Assembly (NCBI GenBank): GCA_965649825.1
Contig: OZ287700.1
Coordinates: forward strand, 1,488,001-1,552,000
Length of the DNA: 64,000 nucleotides
Source of the DNA: Penicillus capitatus
Lineage: Eukaryota > Plantae > Chlorophyta
Reading direction: 5' to 3'
Both the position numbers and the translations under genes were made by a program. The notes under the pieces are model-generated. The model did no database searches. It was given only the letters and a program-made list of their open reading frames with translations, and was not told the DNA's origin. The first letter of the stretch is position 1. Every line of letters begins with the position of its first letter. This document shows, in pieces, positions 25,301 to 38,967 of this stretch.

Positions 25301-26901
25301 CTCCGGGAATTTCGACGCCGCTGAGCAGTCGCTTTCAAAAAGTAAATCCGGATCGTCGAAAAACGAACGGTGATGATCATCATCGTATCCAGAAGAGGTG
25401 ACGAGTCAGGAAGAGGAGAACGAAGATGAGCTGCCACTGATTCCAGAGAATTGTCTGGATCTTCTTTACAAGCTCGTTCAGCTCATCCAGAATCTCCTCG
25501 ATCAGCTCTATCCTTTGTGCCTCAAAGAGAAATCCGACAGTCAGGAGCATGCCAAACGTGCCTATAGCTCCTTATCACAGGATCCCAGTGAATGGGAAGA
25601 ACCCAATGCGAACACGCCATGCACTGGCATATCTCATTTGCCTTCGATAGGGATTGCAGGAGAGACTGACTTAGGTGAGAGGCTGTTGCTGATGTACGAT
25701 CGATGGCGGAAACTGTCAAGATCTTTTTACAGCACCAAGAAAGATCGTTTTGACATCAGCAAAGTACCGGATATCTATGACTCGGCAAAATACGATGCCA
25801 TCCACAACGCACATCTGAATTTGGATCTTGAAGTGCGTGCCTGGGTGTACAGAAAAGAGATCGATGCAGTGACACGTGTTCCTGGCAGGAGCTTTACAAT
25901 ACAGCTCGTATTCTAGGCAATTTGGTGATACCCAATGAGTACGGCATCGATCCGGACAGTAAATTTCGAATCGGCGTTGGAATCTGCTCGCATCTCTTAG
26001 GTACAGCAACAGCAGCACTCTATGCCCTGCCTGAGGTGCTCCCTCTTCGGCCATGTCTATACAGGTAAGCTGCTGGTGGATATGGCCAATACTCGAGAAG
26101 AGAGCGTTGTAGCTTCCAAGATTATCAACCAGTCCAACCGTACAGTCTCTCTCGACCTCTTGCTACGATGCCATCTTTGCATCATAGGGCAGAGAGATTG
26201 GAGAACATCGCATTACAATATGGATTTTGGAGATGCCGGTTTCTTCGATGATTTCTATCTGAAAGCCAATCAATCTGTCGATGAGAGTGTTCTGAAGCAG
26301 AGCGCCGCCGGCGAAGGGACAGAAGGCAGTTCGCGATCGTCTGAATCGCCCAAAGAGAGTGGCCATCGACTCTGTCCCACTTATGCCATGAACATCAACT
26401 CTCCGATGCGCCATGTCCATACACGGATTTACTTTACTTCCGAGTCCCACATTCATGCCCTCATGAATGTGCTTAAGTACTGCAGAAGCAAGAATGCGGA
26501 TGGCACAGAGGGGGGTTCCATCAAGATCGACAGTCACATCATGGACAACGCAGAGTATGACTACCTGTCACATCTCGTTTTCCGTCTCTATGAGAACCCT
26601 CAAGTACAGCATCCCAGAAACATCCTGTCCATCCTCTGCATTTCTTGCCCTTCAGTTGGCCATCGACGATGAGAAGCGTTTCCGAGTGGAGATTCTTTTC
26701 AGTCCAGGAGCTGCCTACAATCCGTTCGAGCAGCGAAAAGATGACAAGCACTGGTTACATGTTCTGCCGATCCAACCGCGCCTCATGCTGCATTGCGAAG
26801 AGGGATTGACACTGAAGATGCTGGAAGACATGTTGCAGCCTTTCTCAACTCCTCGTAAAATTTCAAAGCCTTTTGCATGGCTGACACAACCACAATCATA
26901 G
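22337..26901 (+). CDS. VIP1: Inositol hexakisphosphate/diphosphoinositol-pentakisphosphate kinase (PPIP5K/VIP1/VIH)
   Basis: [91 protein letters not shown], phosphatase motif [40 protein letters not shown] and [10 protein letters not shown]. More than 15 short introns. Confidence 0.95.
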
Positions 26902-26991
26902 GAACAACAACTCTTATGTCTATGTATATATCATAAAACATGTGTCCAGCGGCGCACATCCCTCTGTCCATCATGTGACTGAGGACACGAT

Positions 26992-28969
26992 CTACGGCGG
27001 ACGAATAGCCTTTATCCTGTTCATGGTATTGGCTCTGGCCTCATCGATCTTGCCCTGGAGGTAACTCTTTTTGGCATCGAGATGAACGCGCTTCTCCCAT
27101 TCCCCTTCTTCGATGCGCAGGACTTCGTAGCCCATGACTTCCAGCAAACGGACTTTCCAGCGGTAACGTCCTGTTGTTTGTGCGAGCGGTTTTCTGAAGC
27201 TTCGCACAAAGGAGATGCCTTCAACGGCATACTTGAAATTATCATCCAGGTCCAGAATGCAGGTATTGATCAGTCCCTGTTCCAGAAAGCGGCCCTGACA
27301 TTTGTGCCCCATCCGTTCCATGACCACCAACGCAGCAGCCACCCACAAAGGCAGTGGAGATGTGGTTTGCCGAACGCACCAAATGGCTTTCCATCTCTGC
27401 TCGATCTCAACAGGCAGAACGGTAAACTCAGGATCTCGAATCTTAAAGGCCTTGATGTGGAGAATGCCTTGATAGAACTGCCGAATGTCTTCGTCTCTCA
27501 GGGTCTCCAGTCCGATCCGTTGCAAACGGCTGAACATCAGATCCAGCAAACCCGGAGTCAGAATCGGATTGTCCATAATCACCAGCGCCCAGATGAAATT
27601 ACAGATATCTTGAGCGGCGAAGATGATGGGCTCGACATCAAGAACCTCTCTCAGTCGTAGACTCAGCTTCATCCTTCTCGGTGATCGATAGCCGAAGTCG
27701 GCCAATGCCACCAAGATCATGCAGTGATCCCTGACTTGTTCAATGGAGCGAGGCGGTTGAGCAAAGCCGGGACACTCTTCAAGGAGACGACCGATCTGCT
27801 CGTCTGTGGGACGGATGAACAGCTGAGAGAGACTCCACAGTACAACAGCAAGAGACTGACTGTGACATTCCTTGCTCCCCAGAATCTCGACGATGCTCTC
27901 GATGATCGATTCGTTCTCTATGTAATGAAAGGCGGCTAAGGACCACAGAATGACTGCCATCTGTTGCGGCGTGAACTCATCGATCATTCCTTCGGCCCGT
28001 CTCAGCAGCCTGAACAGAAAATTCTGTCGGTCTATGTAGTGCAGCATGGCCAGTCCCCATATGGTATTGCTGAGTTCCTGTGGACTGAAATGATGCAGCA
28101 TCACTTTCGCCTGCGCGACCAGAACAGGCAGAAATGGTCGGCAATTCCGGTTCTCTAGGTATGCCAGTCCCAATAGAATGTTCGAAACATTGCGAGGCCA
28201 GAATTCGTGGATCCTCTGCACGCCATGCTCAACCAATTGGTGCAAGAGTGGTTCCCATGCTGTCCACGCCGAATTGGAGGAGGACATCTGAAGGCGCATC
28301 TTTCCCAGAGCCCATACGACATTGCTGACGTGTCTTGGCTTCAGCACAGACACATGCACCTCGACGACATCGAGTAATTCCCTCAGAAGCAGTTCGTGCG
28401 TGGCGCCTGGATGCATTCCGACGTCCTTTGCCATGGAGCCCATTCTGTGCAACATCGTCACTACGTTCACATGATTCACGTCATGACGATGTCGGAGCAA
28501 GACGTCCTGAAAACGATCCAGCGCCACGAGGAACTGGTACTTGTTCAGGAGTCCCTTGGGAGATGCCTCTCGGGCTTGCTGACTGATGTCAATGATCTCC
28601 TGATTGATGGCGCTCTGCTCACTCAGGCCAGTTCCCCGCATCTCTGTGGAAAACCACCGAACCAGATGACCGTCCTGCGGTCCATGCAGCGACTCATACG
28701 CCGCTTGACGCAATCACGGCCGAACGCACTTCGCAGAAACGGCGCAGATCGTTGAGCTCGGCGAGATCGCTGAGTTTGCCCTGGAGGAAGACGCTGTAGG
28801 GATTGGGTGGTGTCCGATGCATCCATTCTTTCAGCTGACGTCTCAACAGGCGCGCGATCCAGTAGATCTGAACAGACCACGGCGGCGTCCTTGCTGCAAT
28901 CGATGCCTTTACAGATCCTCCGAGCGAAGAGACGGCATACCATCTCCTCAGTAGAGCGAGCATCCACAT
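26992..28969 (-). CDS. Second OPR/FAST-like RAP-domain protein
   Basis: HVNVVTMLHRMG, LKPRHVSNVVWALGKM, FSPQELSNTIWGLAML and FAAQDICNFIWALV repeats. C-terminal YAVEGISFVRSF..TTGRYRWKVRLLEVMGYEVLRIEEGEW. A 5' exon from ORF 28694-28969 joins via one intron. Confidence 0.82.
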
Positions 28970-28995
28970 TCCGCCTTGATGTCACCATTAACGCC

Positions 28996-29740
28996 ATGTT
29001 CGCGATCGGCACACCGTGTAGACGTCCTGTGGCGCGAGGCCACTGGCGTCGCCCTTCGAGACGGGTCGTCCGCCTGCGGGCCGAGAACCTGAAAGGTGTT
29101 CTGCAGAGAGGTGCGACGGGAGAATTGTCTGCGTTGCTCGGTTGAGATGTGGGTGGATGAAGGAGACTTCGACCCCGATCCTGCTTACGTGGAGGGCGGA
29201 GACTTTCTCAGAAGCATCGGGATGCGAAACCAGGCAGAGATCAGTCGGATACTGGACGTGGCGATGAATCCAGATTCCCTCTTTCTCCCTCCAGTCCAAC
29301 GCCGCCGATCGACGGCCGGCGTTCGATCATCCCCGCTCTATCTGCGATGCGTCATCTCTGTCCTCCAGGCGCGGAGACTGAGCGTCGAGGACGACATGAA
29401 GCCGGTCGTGGATTACCTCCGTGGCCTGGGCATCGAAGACGATCAAATCATCAAGGCATGACATGGGATGGATTGACATGCGTGGTACGGTTCGTGTCTG
29501 TGGCTTTAGATGATCGAGCAGGTTCCCTATTTGCTGGGGTACAGTCCTGAGGAGCGCATTCGCCCCGTTTTGGACTATCTCAGCTCCGTCGGTATTGAAG
29601 ACCCTGCCCAGATCATCGCCAAACGACCGTCTCTCTTGGGATTGGACGTCGATCGGAATCTCAGGAAGATGGTGGATTACCTGAAATCCAATGATTACGA
29701 AATGGATCAGATCGTGAAATGGTTAGAGACATCTCTTTAA
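28996..29740 (+). CDS. Small mTERF-family protein
   Basis: LSVEDDMKPVVDYLRGLG, then a GC-AG intron (29456-29509), then MIEQVPYLLGYSPEERIRPVLDYLSSVGI..IIAKRPSLLGLDVDRNLRKMVDYL (mTERF repeats). Start uncertain (28996 or 29147). Confidence 0.8.
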
Positions 29741-29860
29741 AAACACCAATTCCACTTTTTATCGACAGACTGTCAGCGCATCAGAGATCGAACAGAATTC
29801 AAAAGTGACTGTCATCCCACATCTGCAGTTTGATAGTCAAATGACCAATCTCTGTCCTCT

Positions 29861-31025
29861 TCACTTTGTTTTCTGTTTGCGTTTCAGAACGTGTTTGCGC
29901 AAGAAGAAATTGCCGAACAAAATGAATAGGGTTTGCATATAGACAAAGAGAAGCTTTGCCAGAAATCTACACACATATCACACTCAGTTTTCAGAAAGAG
30001 TGAGATGACACAGACATTGGGAAATCTGCAATGAAGAGGTAGCAGTAGATAGCTTGAACCATCATCGACACGAATTGCCCCATCTGAAGGAGTGTCATAT
30101 ACTTACCCCACCACAAGTACTTTGCACGCTTCTTAGGGTCCTTTCCGATCAGCAAAGCAAGTAGATAGTAGGTGTACATCAAGATATGCACAAAGGAATT
30201 CAGAGCACATGTGTAGTACGCTACAAACATACAGCATTCTGCACCTCGCTCGATGACGCAGAGCACCTACTGTCTCCACCGGGGACCGAATAGACGAGAA
30301 ACCACCTAAGTAGCACATCTCTGTTCCCGTAGACAGCAGTGAGATGACAGTGGGCTGGACCAGACAAGTGAAATGGATACGTGATGGTAGACGTGGAGGA
30401 AAGACACTTGATGGATGTTGCCCTTCATTAGCATAATGAACTAACACATTACGGGCTCAGTACTGTACTGGCACGAGGGCGAGCATTCCATTCACACCGT
30501 ATCGTTGAATTCGTAGATTTTGGAGAGGTAGAAGATATAGAGCATCTTGGCCAGTCCCGTATCTTCCGGATTGTAAAGGTTTCCCCAGAACGTATAGCCA
30601 TATCTCATTGACATCACACAAATGAGAATGCTGTTGAGGTCGCTCGCATTCTACTTTCTGGCCTGATAGACCGTTCCGATGAACATGAAGGTCGAGAGAC
30701 CAACAAGGAAGATGTTGTGAAAAAGCATGAAGAATCTGAGCCAGGAAGGATCCTTCTTCTTTATCTCTATATTCTCTTTTGTCTTATCCACTCCAAGCGA
30801 TCTCCGACAGAAGGTCGAGAAGATGATGACGAGGTAAGCCAGAATCGTCGTCAATAACACCGTCGGTGTTTTGACGAGTGGCAAGTCTTTCGTCAGAACA
30901 GAGGGCGTGCGTATCTCTTTCCATCCGGCCGCGTCGATAAGGTCCAGGACGATTTGAGTGACCAGAGTGTCCCATCTGGACCACAGAGATGGTGATGTTG
31001 GTATAGGCCCGGATGTGTCTGTCAT
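29861..31025 (-). CDS. ELO-family fatty-acid elongase resembling algal/moss PUFA (delta-6) elongases
   Basis: [28 protein letters not shown] box, [38 protein letters not shown], and a C-terminal [19 protein letters not shown] (di-lysine-type ER tail). Alternative start at 31118. Confidence 0.92.
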
Positions 31026-31226
31026 GGGGAACGGCGGCAGCAGCAGAGGTGCAATGAGACACAAAAGGCCGTCGCTGCCGGTAACGCTCGTGGCAATGAA
31101 ATACATCGAAGCATCCATTACATTTATGTAAGGGATGTTGAGTCATGTCAACGACAGGCACCACAGAGTGACGGACTACCACTATCATGACGGAAGATCT
31201 CAAATGCGTGCAGAAACGGATGTTAG

Positions 31227-34200
31227 AGGGTATATGCAGGGGAACCCCATCCCTCCCACGCCTTCATGTATTCTGGATGCCATCCGGCACAATCTGCAGA
31301 GAGCAAAAGAGTGAAGGGAGTGTATGGTATACGATGTTGCACTTTTGAGCAAAGCGGGAGGTGTATAGACCTTCGGATCGATGCTGGCCGGAGGAGCTAA
31401 ATCTGCCATTTCCAGAGGGATGTAATTTAGGCTCGGTTCAAAGCGCCGATCACAGTATCTGCAAAAAGGCATGCAAGGGATGGATGGACATGTCGTCGTC
31501 TGTGTATGCCTTACACGTAGAAGTTTCGAAGTACGATGGGGACTGTGATCCAGAGAATGGCTGCTTGCCAGAAAGCTTCTTTGGTGAGCAAGACACAGGA
31601 TGTCACAAACTGAAAGAGCCATAGACTGAAGACAATGCGACGTACAATGAGAGGCCACATCCGACCACCCGATTCATATTTTCGGACAAAGATGTAGAGA
31701 ATCTGATACCTAAATCAAGCTCCTTTATTTGTCATTCCACTGTGATGATGCATTTACCTCCATACGAGCCAAGAGGCTATAAAGTAGACGAGAGCTATTG
31801 GAACGATGATTGGCGAAATGACGGAGTATCCCAATGTGATCAAGAAAATCAGGAGCACGAGACCATACTCACGACCATACCGTACTGAACGAGGGGCCCA
31901 GAGTCGTGCTCTGTCCCGCGCTGTCTTCGCAAATCCGCACCGTCCGCCAAACCTAAACAGCCAATGGACAAAAGCTGTGAGATGCCCTAGAGAGGTACCT
32001 GAAAATGTAGAACCAGATTCCGGGATGTGGCACCAGTAGCTGATAAGGCACCAAGAAAAAGGCTCTGAGGCAGACATAGTTTACAAAGAAATTCGAGGAT
32101 GCAGGTAAAGCCAGGCCAATCCAATGCATGAGTTCTGCTGGATGTTTTACGGCAGAGTTGATCTTGTAGAGGACAGAGCCCCCGAGCATTCCACCAAGGA
32201 AGATGTTGAGGACATCCCAGAGAAAGAAAAGATGTGCAATGTAGCGCTCCAGTTGACTGAGAGATGCGCAGCTGGCGGAAGCTTGTACCAGATAGTACAG
32301 AGCATTTGGCATGATCATATTCTGCCACACAGATACCAGAATTGGCGGAATCCAACCTGTAATGAATTGTCGATGGCTGTTCTCTTCACAGTACCACTCA
32401 GAGTAGATATCTGCATCGGAGTCTTCGCAGAGAAACGTGTTTAAACTACACGAGTGCATGTCTGTATAGAGAGAAGGGTTGGATTGGGAGGGGCCTGCCT
32501 TGAGAGTGATCCAGCAAAGACACCAAGGGGAAAGGCAATCAGTAGAGACATCAGGGGCCACACCACTGCTGCTCGGATCTTCTTCTGCAGGGGCGTTTTC
32601 CATAGAGCTTGCCAATTGATCTCATCTGGGCCGGGTGCAGGTTCCACATGAAAGATATCGTGGCGTTCTGAGTGCAGCAGCGCTTGCGAGGCGATAGCAG
32701 CTGCCTTCTGCGTCCTAACGAACCATTGCCCTTACACATTGCCTCGAGAATGTCACGTCTTGCTTGAAGATAATGAGCCACGAAGGAGTGTGCGGACCTT
32801 TTCTGATCTTCTCACGGAGACTATCGATTTCTCTCTCTAAACGCGAGAGACAATTATGATAATACTGTATGGCATCCACAGGGGCACGATTGCCATACTG
32901 GTAGAAACAGAGGAAGCTCCACCATTTACTGAGCGACACAGAAATCGGTGTTGGGCAGATGGTATGTCTCAACAGTGCTGTACTTTCGCGAAATCTTGGT
33001 GCGGATTCCAGTCCGCGCATGGTAATCTTCTTGTCGTTCCAGCAGGCCCATTGTTGTATCCCATTTCGCAACCAAGATATCGAGCTCCTTGCAGTTCCGA
33101 ATGGGCAATGCTCGATCGAAATCATCCGGAAACAGATTTCGAAAGCTTTCGCTGACGATGTCTGCCTCGATCGCCCTTTTGCTCATCTGACCAGATCGCA
33201 CCTGTCCAGAAAGTCAATCATTCACTCAATGCTGTGTATAAGAGTGAAAAAACGCACCAGGCTTTGCACCTGTCTCCATGACGGGTCAGCGCGCCTTCCT
33301 AGCAGGGCTGCACGATTAGGCGATTGGGTCTCGCCGTTCTGAGATGTGTGTTGCGACGTTGGCCAGAATCGCATCTTGTTAACCTTCTTGCGGAAATGCG
33401 AAGCACACACAATATTCTCAAAAGATATCTCTCCAAAGAACCACTGGAAGGCCTTTGTCCACCAGTTATGGTCCACCTCTTTTGTTTCGCTGCAAATCAC
33501 CAACCCAATCGACAGGATCTATGACAATGGACGACAGCAAACCCTCTGTGTTGTCTGTCAAAGTCAGGAAAGTTCGTCAAGAGCACACAATACTGCTGTG
33601 CATTGAGGGCAACTTCATTTCCCGATCTGAGATCTTTGGTGTTGACTGTCTTCAAGTATCGGACCGAAGGACGGGGCAGCTGATATTCGGCGTTCGATTC
33701 GTTGGTGGCTAGAGATGAATAGACTTCTGTCCTGCAGTCTGTCAAATACCACCATTTCCAGATCCTCTTACCTCAAGGCCACAACACCCTTATCCTCACC
33801 ATCTGGAAAAGGTCATGCTGATCTCACTTTCTGCTCTCTCAGAAGAATAATTGCCAACGTGATTCTGCTGCTTGCGTCTTTCTCCTGGATGCACATCTGC
33901 GGAGAGCACTGTCGACAGCGCCAGAGGACGACAGCGTCTCTCTCGAGGTTCCTCTTCATCTTCCTGCGGGACAGCAGGGCTGTATTGTGCCATACTATAC
34001 CGTCTGTTATGATTACTGTGTGGATTCGATGATTATTAGAAGGTTGCTTCTCTTCCATTGTCTCCGCTTCTTCAATCTCTCCAAGGCTTTCATAAGGGGG
34101 CGGCGGTGTCTGGCAATCGATTGTGACTTCTGTATTACTATAATCTTCATTTTCATCTATTATGCCTTGCTGATAGAGGTCATCATCGTCCGGAATGGAC

Positions 34201-35540
34201 CTGGACAAAGGAGATCTATGAACACGAGCTCTACTCGAGACAAGAACGACATACCGACAAGACCTTGATTCTCGGGCAGCTCTTGGAGTATCATCTAAGT
34301 GAGTAAAAACCTGTTCGGCTTCGTTTCTATTCAATGTTGCCAGACGAGACAGAATTCCGCGGCGAATTTCTTTCTGAGGGACGTCATCTTTGAACAGTTC
34401 TAGCACCACACATCACTCTTCTTGGCATCCAGTAGAGACAGATCATCTGCATAGACAACTTTCGACGAATGACGTGAACATGGACGAGTGCATCAGTCGT
34501 TGGTTCGGTGCTGGAGATTGGGGAAATGTCTTGGTTCTCCACTGATTTGGATCCGAACCTGTCGCAACAGTCAAAGCCACTGGACACGAATGCCCACCCA
34601 TACCTGAACTTAAGTACTCGTGCCGAAGCCGGACATATCTCCTTAGATGCCAATTCAGCAGCACCAGTGCGTAGACGATGAAAGCGTAAACACAGAAGAA
34701 ATGTATCCTGTCACACTTTTGCATCAGACAAATGAAGGCATCGATTTGTGAGGGAGACCATAAACTGGGAGAACCGGGTTTGACATTGCTCGCCGTCAGC
34801 CGAACAAATTTCCCAACCGTTCTGTGGCTGTCATCTCCGTGCACGACGTTATCTGCATACTCTGTGCCGTCGTGGATCGGAATCACTACAATACCCATAG
34901 GCTTTCTCACTCAAACATGTCGTCTTTCTTTTGCACACATACGTACGGCACAACCGATAATGGCCAAAGGGAAGAACAACTGAATTCCGAGTCCAAATGT
35001 CTTGACCAGCATCAAGGCGTCCAATCCAGCCGAATCTAATAGATCTGCATCCGAAACAGTCATGGCCCTCCACATCCACATCCTACACCCGTGATGTTTC
35101 GAGATCAGTTTTCGAAAAGACTTCCTCGCCAGATCATGCTCCAATGCCATTTCGGAAGATCGGGAGGTTTACGAGTGACGCGACGAAGGGACTAGAGAGA
35201 CATGACGCTCCGAACGGCATTATCGCGGGCGGACCCGACGCACCAATCGCAGACGATAGAGTTTGGAGACAGCGTTCAGGACACCGAAGACAACTAGACA
35301 TGCGAATCCCAAACACGCACTGTAGCGCATGGAGCTCAGGAGTTCTCCATCCGTCACAGACGTTCTGTTCGCTTCTTGTGTAAAGTCAAGGGCATTCTGC
35401 ATGCCTCGAGGCAGAAAGGAGAACTCCTCATGTAAGGACGGAATGCTCTCATCGCCGTATGTCGAAACACTTCCTTCTGTCTCGCTACCTGACTTCATCG
35501 ATAAAGAAGGCGATTTGACAGAGAATAAAATCAACGTCAT
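31227..35540 (-). CDS. OSCA/TMEM63/ERD4 (CSC1-like) calcium-permeable mechanosensitive channel
   Basis: N-terminal TM, then DADLLDSAGLDALMLVKTFGLGIQLF, FVRLTASNVKPGSPSLW, QYCVLLTNFP, VEPAPGPDEINWQAL, ASSNFFVNYV and YGREYGLVLLIFLITLGYSVISPIIVPIALVYF. Many short introns. Start is 35540 or 35498. Confidence 0.92.
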
Positions 35541-35550
35541 TCGTGTCCGT

Positions 35551-36160
35551 TCAATCGTCACATGTCGTGGATGGACATCCCATAATGATCATGCGACAGA
35601 ATCGCACTTCGGCACTGCCGACGAACTGAAAATCCATGATCTTGCGTGAGCGGATTTTCTGGCAACGCGTGAGGTAGATGCGTGTGATGACACTGCGGCA
35701 GATTCGTGCAGCGGGGATCAGGGCAGCATCGAGGGCCTGGAAAATCTCGTAGTAGTAAATGGGCAAGCCTGAAGAGAATGTCGACTCCGATTCCATCTCT
35801 TTCATGAGAATCTCGTTCAGATGATCGGGATCAAGCCATGACGGACATTGAACCTCGCAGAGACTGAGACGGGCCAGATGCAGGGCCACAAAGAGTGGCG
35901 CCGATATCTCATCTCCCGCTGTCCGAGATTGAAACTGCACAGAATGGTCACACTTCTCCGACGTTCGCGCCCAATCTTGCAAAAACGCACTTGGAAGCCT
36001 TGGAGGTCGAGTTCAGGAAGGGACTCTTTCAAGACGATCTTGGTGCTGGTCAACATCGCCAGTGTTTTGGCATCACGAAAGGTAGCCACACTTGGGCATT
36101 GTTCCTAAAGAGTGACGTCACGCTTTGTCCGTAAGACGCGATGCTTACCTGGGGTGGCAT
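35551..36160 (-). CDS. Divergent GINS subunit Psf2-like protein
   Basis: Exons MPPQ|EQCPSVAT..KIVLKESLPELDLQGFQ|FQSRTAGDEISAPLFVALHLARLSLCEVQCPSWLDPDHLNEILMKEMESESTFSSGLPIYYYEI..RSVITRIYLTRCQKIR follow the Psf2 pattern PLWxAxxL..C.I.PPxW..L..IL..E..F..LP.xY.EI. Confidence 0.65.
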
Positions 36161-36324
36161 GTTGCTGTTGGTCTACCTGTCACATCGGTTCGTCGAGGAT
36201 TTGTGATGATGATGCCATCTCATTACACGTTTCACGATCGCGCCGCCCTGACTTTGTTCACCTTCTCAGTTCTGGAACAAAGCAAAGAAGAGAACTGTGA
36301 TCTTCTGTGACAACGTCATCCGAA

Positions 36325-37867
36325 ATGGAAAGCTCGACTTTTCACACGGAGGGCAAGAAGCATAACGTGGGAGTGGACATGGACGTAGAGGTCATAAAAC
36401 TAAAACGACAGCAGAAACATCTGCTCACCGCTGTGGCCGCTCTTCTCCTCTTGAGTCTCTTCTGCGTCGCCATGGTCATCTGGCTCAGCGTGGAAGTGAC
36501 CGAAGACAACGATGACGATGGCGGCACAGTTAGGGTTAACGACGGAAAGAGTGAGGTTCCTGCGACGGATCGTGCATCAACACTGAACGTATGGGTTATC
36601 TCGCACTTCTCATGTGACGCCACAATGGGATCTTGGCGATCTAGGAAGATGCACGTGTGGTGACGTTGACATCGAGACCAGACTCTTCGTCCGAAGCGCG
36701 GCCTTTACTGGTCGGAACTGGGTACTGGACGGAGAAGGCGTCTCTGCCCTATGGCCGATCTGATCACCACGTACGTCTCCTGACCGCGCAAAGCTGACAG
36801 GCGAAATGGAGTGTCCCAGGCGGTAGCTGTCGACGATTTCATCTATATTATCGGCGGCCAGAACACAACAGCAGTTGTGGTCGATGATGTCCAGACCACA
36901 ACAGAAGCTGTGCTTGACGATGTTACGATTTATGATACTATCATGGATACCTATGCCAGTGGACCATCTTTGCCCTCTCCACTCCACAGATTTGGCTCAG
37001 CCTATGACACCGATCGTCAACAGATTTACGTTTTTGGAGGCATGAATGTGTCGGATGGACATGCCTTGGATGCGGTTTATGTACTGGATATCGAATCTCA
37101 GAAATGGACAGAAGGTCCGAAGTTGCCGTTTCCACGTTCGGATCTCTGCGGAGCTTATGTTGATGGCCATGTCTATGCCATCGGCGGTTACAGTTTGGAT
37201 TATGAGGAGACGCTGGACACAACGGAAGCGCTGGACATCGCGTCTGGAGAATGGAAGGAGGTGGCAAGCATGCCAACACACCGAGGCGATTGCAAAGCGG
37301 CACCGTTTGGCCGAGGAGTGATCGTGGTGGGAGGATATTACGATCCGACTGGAGCTTGGAACCATGAAGCCTTTAGAGATGAAGTCGAATTCTATTCTCC
37401 AGTGAGCGGCAACCAACAGATCCGATCACACACCTTGGTGAATTCTGTGTAGGGGGATGATGTCTGGGAGGAGAGAGCTCCGCTGAAAAACGCCCGTGGA
37501 GACAAGGCCATTGTCGTCCTTCCACGTGAACGTCTCCTCGTCGTCGGGGGCGAGACACATAATAGAGGTCGATCTTCTGGCAGAGATGTCGTTCTGTATG
37601 TGGTTGCTGTTCGCAGGGCTTCGCACAGGAGTTGCGACACATCATGTCGAAGAGTACAGTATGTCTGAAGATGTCTGGATTGATCGAGCTCCGCTGCTCT
37701 CCGCCACTTTCAGAACAACGTGTGCCTATGCGGACGGAGTTGTCTATGTTTTTGGTGGCGACGTCACGTGTGCGTCCGATGACGCTGACGACCATTCTGA
37801 ATGCGAGAAATCCGATACTCTGCAAGTCTACTTCGACACAGAACAGCCGAACGTATTCATTACTTGA
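36325..37867 (+). CDS. Type II membrane protein with Kelch beta-propeller
   Basis: A single N-terminal TM (LLTAVAALLLLSLFCVAMVIWL) followed by Kelch blades IYIIGG, IYVFGG, VYAIGG, VIVVGG, LLVVGG and VYVFGG with W-x-x-x-x-x-L/M-P motifs. Confidence 0.85.
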
Positions 37868-38224
37868 TGTATGAAAGGAATTCGATTTGATGCACAATGT
37901 CTGCTGTTGGAGATTCATTCTTTGCGGAGAGTGGATCAAGGGAAACATTTATTGATCTTTTGTCCAACGTGCCATTTGTTTAGTTTTGATTCAGGAATCC
38001 GCACATCGTTATCTTATCGTTTTGAACTCAGAACTCATACGCAACCATTTGTTACATCTGCATCTGTTAATGCCACGAGGCCCAGAGCCTTCCAGCCGGA
38101 AACACCGCACGGAAGATGAGGCGCGTTGCTTATGGGAGAACGTTTTCCACGGCGTCATCTCCAATACAGAATCACGGGAACCGCATTTCTCTGGTGATGA
38201 TTAAAGTGCACATCACAGAGCCTA

Positions 38225-38967
38225 CTAAAAATATTGTCTCACAAAGGCGTTTATTCGATCCTTCGTTAGTGTGATCTGCTGGCATGCCGTCGAGCCTAAC
38301 TCTACTTCGAAGATTGTAGCTATCGTGTTCATTGCTTCCACCACTGCCTGCAAAGATGGGTGCTTCTCCTCCCAAGGTGACCTCCATAATCATCATTAGA
38401 ATCAAGAAATAAAAGAGGAACCTTACTTACCCTTGTTCCACTCGATAATGTGAAATCGGTTGTTCTTCGAACGCAGTTTTGTGAAAAGGCTTTCTTCATA
38501 ATCAAAAGCTCGGAGTCGACTTGGAACCGAAGAAACGACGTTCGGCCGCCATCGCATCCGCGACACAATCGAATGTCACCGCACCCGTTCCATATGATCT
38601 CCCACTACACAATCAAACAGGATACTAAGTTGAATGGAGTTTTTTACCTTGCATCTCTGTCGATGTGTACATTCTTCACTCGGCCGACCATTGAGAACAT
38701 CTCTGCGATATCCTGTTCTGTGACTACTTCTTCAAGCTTTGCCAGCAAGCTAAAATTCTCACGGGGTATTAACCATCCCAAATAATTTTACAGTTTGTCG
38801 GCTCGAAGTGTGTAAGGTTGTTCAGGTTCAGGTTCAGGTTCAGCGCTACTGTCTTCATGTCGTTCTTCCACGACTTCGTTGTCTGCAGGTGTGATCTCGA
38901 ATGCTGTGCGACGAGTTCGACTCTCTTGGCTTCTTGCCACATGTCTACTCATGTCGGCCTGCGCCAT
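38225..38967 (-). CDS. RRM protein similar to ALY/REF (THOC4) mRNA export adaptor
   Basis: Not in the ORF track because it is split by introns. Spliced: KLLLAKLEEVVTEQDIAEMFSMVGRVKNVHIDRDASGRSYGTGAVTFDCVADAMAAERRF, matching the ALY RRM (..SGRSKGTAEVVF..DAxAA). 3' exons uncertain. Confidence 0.7.
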
